Part shown: positions 26,474 to 32,000 of the stretch, one piece after another | Position numbering within the stretch: the stretch's first letter is position 1 | Layout: every line of letters begins with the position of its first letter | Source of the DNA: Sinorhizobium meliloti | GTDB taxonomy: Bacteria; Pseudomonadota; Alphaproteobacteria; Rhizobiales; Rhizobiaceae | Reading direction: 5' to 3' | Assembly (NCBI RefSeq): GCF_017876815.1 | Contig: NZ_JAGIOS010000003.1 | Coordinates: 300,001-332,000 of the forward strand | DNA: 32,000 bases | Notes under the pieces: generated by a model | The model's database searches: none | Seen by the model: the letters and a program-made list of their open reading frames with translations, nothing else | What the model was told of the DNA's origin: nothing | Translations under genes and position numbers: made by a program

Positions 26474-27394
26474 CTAGCTCGCCGCCCGGAATGGCTTTGC
26501 CAGCGACGCCGGGAAGTGCAGCGTCAGCAATTGGCGATTTTGCGAGATGATCACGAGAACTATGATCGTCGCGAGATAGGGAAGCGCCGAGAGCAGCTCC
26601 GAAGGGACCGCGATGCCGAGAGCCTGGCCCTGCAGCTGCAGGATCGTCATGCCGCCGAACAGCCAGGCGCCGATCAGCACGCGCAACGGCCGCCATGTCG
26701 CAAAGACGACGAGTGCCAGCGAGATCCAGCCCTTGCCGGCCGTCATGTTTTCCACCCAGAGCGGCGTGTAAGCGACCGACAGGTATGCCCCGGCAAGGCC
26801 AGCCATCAGACCACCGAAAAGCACCGCCAGATATCTGATCCTGATGACAGGATAGCCGATCGCGTGCGACGTCTCGGGCGACTCGCCGATGGTGCGCAAG
26901 ATGAGGCCTCCCTTGGTGCGGTAGAGGAACCAGGTGATGAGGCCGAACATCCCGATTGCCAGATAGACCATCGGATCGAAGCGGAAGAACATCGGCCCGA
27001 CCACCGGGATATCGGAGAGGAAGGGGATATGGACGCGCTTCAGCGCATCGATCGGCGCGCTGCCGAACCCGCGGCCCAGAAACGCCGAAACCCCCGACCC
27101 GAATATGGCGAGCGCCAAGCCGGCGGCATATTGGTTGGTCAGAAACGTCAGCGCCAGCACCCCGAAGAGAAGCGAGGTGGCGGCGCCGGCGAGTGCGCCG
27201 GCGGCGATGGCCACGGGCATCGGCAGGCCGGCGATCACCGCCCAGAAGGCGAAGGCCGCCCCCATCAGCATCATGCCCTCGAGTCCCAGGTTGAGCACGC
27301 CGGACTTCTCGACGACGAGCTCGCCAAGGGCTGCGAATATCAATGGCGTCGCGGCGATAATGGTCCCGGTGAAAATGGCAATGAAAAGATCCAT
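26474..27394 (-). CDS. ABC transporter permease, second permease of a BMP-family (nucleoside/simple sugar type) importer.
   Basis: It reads MDLFIAIFTGTIIAATPLIFAALGELVVEKSGVLNLGLEGMMLMGAF... and is polytopic at 306 aa. Its start overlaps the upstream permease stop (TGATG at 27392-27396). The track fuses it into the 599-aa ORF 26474..28273. Confidence 0.88.
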   Translation of the reverse strand: MDLFIAIFTGTIIAATPLIFAALGELVVEKSGVLNLGLEGMMLMGAAFAFWAVIAGLPMPVAIAAGALAGAATSLLFGVLALTFLTNQYAAGLALAIFGSGVSAFLGRGFGSAPIDALKRVHIPFLSDIPVVGPMFFRFDPMVYLAIGMFGLITWFLYRTKGGLILRTIGESPETSHAIGYPVIRIRYLAVLFGGLMAGLAGAYLSVAYTPLWVENMTAGKGWISLALVVFATWRPLRVLIGAWLFGGMTILQLQGQALGIAVPSELLSALPYLATIIVLVIISQNRQLLTLHFPASLAKPFRAAS

Positions 27395-28482
27395 CAGGCG
27401 TGCTCCGGAAGACGAAGACGATAGTAGATGAAGAAGTCGGCAGCGAGCAGGAAGAACAGGAGGATGCCCTGGAAGATGCGGGTGAGCGCCGCCGGCAGGC
27501 CGAGGGTCATCTGGACGGTTTCGCCGCCGAGGAAGAGGAGCGACATCAGCAGCCCCCCGAGCACGATGCCAAAGGCGTTCAGCCGTCCGATGAAGGCGAC
27601 GATGATGGCGGCAAAGCCGTAACCGGGCGAGATCTGGGGCGACAATTGTCCGAGCGGGCCGGCCACTTCCGCCATACCGGCGATGCCTGCCGCAGCGCCA
27701 CCCGCAAGCAGCCCTGTCCAGACTGCGGAGGACTCGCGAAAGCCCGCATAGCGTGCCGCAAGCGGAGCGGCGCCGCTCACCGACATCTTGTAGCCGAGAA
27801 AGCTGCGATCGGTGAAGAGCCACATCATGACGACCGCCACGGCCGTGATGAAGATCGACGGATTGAGCCGGTAGGAATAATCGAAAGGCTCGAACATTGC
27901 CGCCGCGGGCAGGAGCGCCGTTTGCGGATAGTTGAAGCCCGCCGGATCGCGCCACGGGCCGTGCACCAGAAAGGACAGCAGCAGCGTCGCGATATAGGTC
28001 AGCATGAGCGTGACCAGGATCTCGTTGGTGTTCATGCGGGCTCTGAGAAATGCCGGGATCGCTGCCCATGCCATGCCGGCTCCTGCGCCGGCGAGAAACA
28101 TCAGGGGAATGAGGAGCGGGCTTTCGGGATCGGGATATAAAAGGCCGACGCCACAGGCTGCGATAGCGCCGATGATGAGTTGTCCCTCGGCGCCGATGTT
28201 CCAGATGTTGGCACGGAATCCGACCGCCAGTCCGCAGGCGATCAGGATCAGAGGCGAAGCCTTGAGCAGCCACTCCGAAAGGCCGTTGGTGGAATTGATG
28301 GGCGCCACGAAAAAGGCGTGCAGCGTCGCCAGCGGATCATAGCCGAGTGCGGCAAACAGTACGGACCCGGCGAGAAAGGTCAGCGCGGTGGCGATCACCG
28401 GAGCGGCGATGCGCATCTGGGCGGATGGTTCCTGCCGTTGTTCAATCCTCAAGCGCAACTTCGCTTCTCCTCGTTTCGCCAT
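27394..28482 (-). CDS. ABC transporter permease, first permease of the BMP-family importer.
   Basis: It is 362 aa and polytopic (IWNIGAEGQLIIGAIAA, NTNEILVTLMLTYIA). It overlaps the ATPase stop by 41 nt. An alternative start lies at 28416. Confidence 0.88.
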   Translation of the reverse strand: MAKRGEAKLRLRIEQRQEPSAQMRIAAPVIATALTFLAGSVLFAALGYDPLATLHAFFVAPINSTNGLSEWLLKASPLILIACGLAVGFRANIWNIGAEGQLIIGAIAACGVGLLYPDPESPLLIPLMFLAGAGAGMAWAAIPAFLRARMNTNEILVTLMLTYIATLLLSFLVHGPWRDPAGFNYPQTALLPAAAMFEPFDYSYRLNPSIFITAVAVVMMWLFTDRSFLGYKMSVSGAAPLAARYAGFRESSAVWTGLLAGGAAAGIAGMAEVAGPLGQLSPQISPGYGFAAIIVAFIGRLNAFGIVLGGLLMSLLFLGGETVQMTLGLPAALTRIFQGILLFFLLAADFFIYYRLRLPEHA

Positions 28483-29977
28483 GGCCGACCCGGGTCATCA
28501 ACAGGCCGATCTCTTCGCGATTGGTCTGCTTTCTGATCAATGGAGGGGAAACGCGGCCGTTGGAAATGACCAGCAAACGGTCGCAAATCTCGAACAGTTC
28601 ATCGAGCTCCTCCGATACGACGAGCACCGCGGCGCCGCCGCGGCTTAGATCGACAAGCGTCTGGCGGATGAAGGCAGCTGCACCGACATCCACGCCCCAG
28701 GTCGGCTGGGACACGAGAAGAATCTTCGGCTCCAGGGTGAGTTCGCGGCCGACGATGAATTTCTGCAGGTTGCCGCCGGAGAGGCTTTGCGCGCTCGCTT
28801 GCGGTCCATTCGCCTTCACCTTGAAGCGCTCGATAATGTGCCTCGCGAACTCGCCGGCCCGCCTGCGGTCGACGAGAGCGTTGCGCACGAGGCCCGCCCG
28901 GTGGGCCGTCAGCACTGCGTTTTCCCATAGGGCATGGGGCGGAACCGCGCCACGGCCGAGGCGTTCCTCCGGGACGAAGGCCATGCCGAGCTTGCGCCGT
29001 TCGCCGGCGTTGAGATGGCCGGACGGTCTGCCGCCGATGAGGATCGTCTCCGCACGCGGATGGGTCCGCTCGCCGCTCAACAGCGCGATCAACTCCGCCT
29101 GGCCATTGCCCGACACACCGGCCAGTCCGACGATCTCGCCGCCATGCACCTCGAGGGATACATCCGTCAGCTCGGTGCCGTACTTGTCCCGGGCGGGAGC
29201 GGACAGCCCGCGAACTTCCAGCAGCGGCTTGGCGCTCGGGGCTGAAGGACTGACATGCATTTGCGGAAGCTGCGAGCCGACCATCATCCGGGCGAGCTCC
29301 AGCGACGTCGATTCCTTGGGTTTTGCCGTGCCAGTCACCTTGCCGTTGCGCAGCACGGTGGCGGTGTCGCAAAGTTCCTGCACTTCATCGAGCTTGTGGC
29401 TGATATAGACGATGCTGCAGCCTTCGCTTGCCAATTGGCGAAGCGTTTCGAAGAGCTTCACCACGGCTTGCGGCGTAAGCACCGAGGTCGGCTCGTCCAG
29501 GATCAGAAGTTTGGGTGACTGCAGGAGGCATCGCACGATCTCGACGCGCTGCCGCTCGCCGACGGAGAGATCGTGCACCCTGCGGTGCGGATCGATTGGC
29601 ATGCCGTAGCGTGCCGAGAGGGTCTTGATCTCGGCCGCGAGCCGGTCGAGGTCGAAAGTGCCTTTGACCGCCAGGGCGATATTCTCGACCACCGACACGG
29701 ATTCGAAGAGCGCGAAATGCTGGTAGACCATCTCGATCCCGAGCGAACGCGAGATTGCGGGATTGTGCGCTTCGATCCGTCTGCCGTCGCAATAGATCTC
29801 GCCCGAATCGGCTTGAGCTGCGCCATAGATGATCTTCATCAGCGTCGATTTGCCGGCGCCGTTCTCTCCGAGGACGGCGTGTATCTCTCCCGGCAGGATC
29901 GACAGCGAGACGGCGTCGTTCGCGACGGTGCCGGGAAAACATTTGGTAATGCTGCGCAGTTCGAGGCGGGGGATCAT
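28442..29977 (-). CDS. ABC transporter ATP-binding protein with duplicated ATPase domains.
   Basis: Walker A is GENGAGKST, the signature motif is LSVGERQRVEI, and Walker B is LLILDEPTS. The second domain has GVSGNGQAEL, LSGGNLQKF and LLVSQPTWGVD. AGGAG lies 7 nt upstream of the start. Confidence 0.93.
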   Translation of the reverse strand: MIPRLELRSITKCFPGTVANDAVSLSILPGEIHAVLGENGAGKSTLMKIIYGAAQADSGEIYCDGRRIEAHNPAISRSLGIEMVYQHFALFESVSVVENIALAVKGTFDLDRLAAEIKTLSARYGMPIDPHRRVHDLSVGERQRVEIVRCLLQSPKLLILDEPTSVLTPQAVVKLFETLRQLASEGCSIVYISHKLDEVQELCDTATVLRNGKVTGTAKPKESTSLELARMMVGSQLPQMHVSPSAPSAKPLLEVRGLSAPARDKYGTELTDVSLEVHGGEIVGLAGVSGNGQAELIALLSGERTHPRAETILIGGRPSGHLNAGERRKLGMAFVPEERLGRGAVPPHALWENAVLTAHRAGLVRNALVDRRRAGEFARHIIERFKVKANGPQASAQSLSGGNLQKFIVGRELTLEPKILLVSQPTWGVDVGAAAFIRQTLVDLSRGGAAVLVVSEELDELFEICDRLLVISNGRVSPPLIRKQTNREEIGLLMTRVGHGETRRSEVALED

Positions 29978-30012
29978 GGCCGCTCCTGCCGTGGTTGTGC
30001 GTTGGCGACGAC

Positions 30013-30043
30013 GTGTCCGCGGCGCGGATTCCGCCGCGGCACG
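30013..30043 (-). promoter_or_regulatory. GC-rich intercistronic hairpin between the binding-protein and ATPase genes.
   Basis: A perfect 8-bp stem, CCGCGGCG (30017-30024) pairing with CGCCGCGG (30032-39), closes a 7-nt loop and has two further flanking pairs. No U-run follows on the minus strand. This fits an mRNA stabiliser or partial attenuator of the kind common after binding-protein genes. Confidence 0.4.
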
Positions 30044-30061
30044 CCGATTTCAGGACGCGGC

Positions 30062-31156
30062 TCAGCTGAGCTTGCCGATCATTCCCCTGACGAACCAGTT
30101 CATCCCCCGGATGTCGGTATCCGAAAGAACCGACCCGGCAGCGACCTTGGTGTTGCCGTCCTGGTCCTTGAGCTCGCCGGCATAGGGATGGATCTTGCCC
30201 GCTGCGATATCGGCTTCGAGCTGCTTCAATTTGGCCTGGATGTCGGCAGGGATCGCCTCGTTATAGGGGGCCATCTTGACCACGCCGGCGGCAAGCCCAT
30301 CCCAACGCGCCTCGGCCTTCCAGGTGCCCTCCGCGACGCCTTTTGCGGCACGCAGATACTCACTGGACCAGTCGAGCGTAAAGGCCGTGAGTTGTTTGCC
30401 GGAGCCGAACTTGGCCATGTCGCTGGCGTAGCCGATCGACCAGGCGCCGCCTTCGCCGGCCACCTGTACGCCGGTTGCCGTATCGGTCATCGAACAGATG
30501 ACGTCGCAGCCTTGCGACAGCAGCGTATTGGCGGCTTCCTTCTCCTTGCCCGGGTCGAACCAGGAGTTGAGGAAGATGGCGTTGCAGGTGACCTCCGGAT
30601 TGACGCTCTGCGCGCCGAGAAGAAGCGCATTCGCCGGCCCGACAATGTCCGGGATCGGGAAGCCGCCGATGAAGCCGATCTTGCCGGACTTGCTCATATG
30701 CCCGCCGGCAGCGCCCGCGACGAAGGTGCCCTCGTAATATTTGGCCTCGAAGGTGCCGAGGTTTGCGCGGTGCACGATGCCCGAACAGTGTTCGAAGGCC
30801 GTCTTGGGGAAGCGCGGCGCCACCTTCTGCATCGGCGTGCCGTGCGAGAAGCTGGTCCCGAAAATCAGCTGATTTCCCGAGGCGGCGAGCTCGCGGAAGA
30901 CGCGCTCGGCATCCTGGGGCATGAAGATGTTGTCGATGACCGTTATGGCGACTTTGTCGCCGAATTCCTTCTTGATCGCGTCGACGCCCAGGCTGTGCTG
31001 TTTGGTCCAGCCAATCTCGGCGATCGGCGAGACATAGACGACGCCGATCTTGAGCGGCTCCTCTGCGCCCGCGAAGCTGGCAAGGCTTCCGGTTCCGAGT
31101 GCCACACCGGTCGCGCCGGAATATCGAAGGAATTGTCGTCTGGTCAGGTTGAACAT
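30062..31156 (-). CDS. BMP-family (Med/PnrA-like) ABC transporter substrate-binding protein with a Tat-type signal peptide.
   Basis: The N-terminus is MFNLTRRQFLRYSGATGVALGTGSLASFAGA (twin-arginine motif). The mature part has the typical BMP pattern (LKIGVVYVSPIAEIGWT, GFIGGFPIPDIV, FLNSWFDPGKEKEAA). Confidence 0.9.
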   Translation of the reverse strand: MFNLTRRQFLRYSGATGVALGTGSLASFAGAEEPLKIGVVYVSPIAEIGWTKQHSLGVDAIKKEFGDKVAITVIDNIFMPQDAERVFRELAASGNQLIFGTSFSHGTPMQKVAPRFPKTAFEHCSGIVHRANLGTFEAKYYEGTFVAGAAGGHMSKSGKIGFIGGFPIPDIVGPANALLLGAQSVNPEVTCNAIFLNSWFDPGKEKEAANTLLSQGCDVICSMTDTATGVQVAGEGGAWSIGYASDMAKFGSGKQLTAFTLDWSSEYLRAAKGVAEGTWKAEARWDGLAAGVVKMAPYNEAIPADIQAKLKQLEADIAAGKIHPYAGELKDQDGNTKVAAGSVLSDTDIRGMNWFVRGMIGKLS

Positions 31157-31209
31157 GGCAGTACCCCTTTGTCGGTTCGTGTCGTTTCTCCGGCTTGTGT
31201 CCGCCGGAT

Positions 31210-31980
31210 CTATTTCGTGGCGTGAACGTGGCGACCCGCGCCGGTCCAGCCGCTTTCTCCCGTTTTCCTGCGCGGCGCCGGCTTAGGCGCCTCGTCGGCT
31301 TTGCCGTCGAGATAGGGCTGAAGCGCCTCCCGCGGCGTCAGCTCCGGAAAGACCTGCCGATCCATGATATAACCGCGTACGACGCTGCGGTGATGGGTGT
31401 CGATCAGTTCCATGACGGGCTTCAGCCGGCCCTTTTCGAGCAGATCGATCACGCGCTGGTGGTCGTCCAGCAGATTGCAATAGTCGAAATCGGCGGAGAT
31501 CAGTGAGCGCAGGAGCGTGGTGCGCCGCACGAGCTGCGCGTGAATTTCCTGCATGACCTTGTTTCGGCTGAGGCGAACGAAGAGAGTATGAAACTCCTGG
31601 CCGAGAACGTCGGCAAGCGCGTCGTTGCCGGATGCGACGGCCTGGCGTTGCCGCTCCACGTGCTGGCGCAACTCGGCGAAGCCGGCGGGCCCGAGCCGGT
31701 CGCAGAGCTGGGCGGCGACGCCCTGTTCCACGAGCGTCAGCGCGTCGTATATCTCCATCGCCTCTTGCATGCTCGGGCGCGCGACGAAGGCGCCGCGATT
31801 GCGCTCGATCTGCGCCAGCCCGTCGTCGGCAAGCCTGATCAGCGCCTGGCGGATGACGATGCGGCTGACCTCGAAGATTTCCGCAAGTTCGCGCTCGCCG
31901 AGCTTGCATCCGGGTACGAGCCGGTGATCGATGATCGCCCGGGTCAGGATATCGGCAATCGCCTGCGAACGGCTGCTCAT
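31210..31980 (-). CDS. GntR-family transcriptional regulator, FadR/FCD subfamily, with a basic, Pro-rich C-terminal tail.
   Basis: The wHTH is LGERELAEIFEVSRIVIRQALIRLADDGLAQIERNRGAFV, followed by a helical FCD-type domain. The ATG at 31980 (MSSRSQ...) has GGAGAG 7 nt upstream. The track start at 31995 has no room for an RBS. Confidence 0.9.
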   Translation of the reverse strand: MSSRSQAIADILTRAIIDHRLVPGCKLGERELAEIFEVSRIVIRQALIRLADDGLAQIERNRGAFVARPSMQEAMEIYDALTLVEQGVAAQLCDRLGPAGFAELRQHVERQRQAVASGNDALADVLGQEFHTLFVRLSRNKVMQEIHAQLVRRTTLLRSLISADFDYCNLLDDHQRVIDLLEKGRLKPVMELIDTHHRSVVRGYIMDRQVFPELTPREALQPYLDGKADEAPKPAPRRKTGESGWTGAGRHVHATK

Positions 31981-32000
31981 GACGGGTCTCTCCATCTCCC

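Noticed and set aside
29573-31225. A 550-aa plus-strand ORF across the ABC ATPase and binding-protein genes.
   Set aside because: It lies antisense to genes with Walker/signature motifs and a BMP-family binding protein. It has no motifs of its own.
1-32000. A check for mobile elements, CRISPR arrays, tRNA/rRNA genes, long direct repeats and pseudogenes.
   Set aside because: I saw no transposase or integrase ORFs, no regularly spaced repeats and no RNA gene signatures. All nuo, che and ABC genes appear to have intact reading frames. A by-eye scan cannot exclude short or diverged repeats.

Overview
This is a densely coding window of roughly 60-63% GC by eye, with the gene content of an alphaproteobacterial (Rhizobiaceae-like) accessory replicon. 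I found no rRNA, tRNA, CRISPR array, transposase or phage genes. There are three blocks. (1) 1-8970, all on the minus strand: part of an alternative chemosensory operon (cheR with a TPR tail, cheW, MCP and the start of cheA), then a NarL/FixJ-type response regulator, a cytoplasmic 5xPAS-GGDEF-EAL protein and pcm. (2) 9265-25883: a complete, self-contained NADH:quinone oxidoreductase (complex I) locus. Its gene order is unusual: nuoJ-K-[extra antiporter-like subunit]-[84-aa membrane ORF]-nuoL-like-M-N, a 215-nt spacer, nuoA-B-C-D-E-F-G, then nuoH-nuoI-CBS on the opposite strand, convergent with nuoG. It encodes four Mrp-type pump subunits instead of three, and the lateral-helix region of the NuoL-like subunit looks extended. 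(3) 26237-31980: a small DUF6494-like ORF, then a BMP-family ABC importer (binding protein, double ATPase, two permeases) behind a GntR/FCD regulator. From memory, the layout resembles the nuo2/che2 neighbourhood of Sinorhizobium pSymA-type megaplasmids; this needs a database check. The most interesting item is the modified complex I cassette: the fourth pump subunit, the coupled small ORF, the longer lateral helix and the permuted, partly inverted operon with a CBS protein. The many long ORFs in the track that lie antisense or out of frame to these genes are high-GC artefacts.
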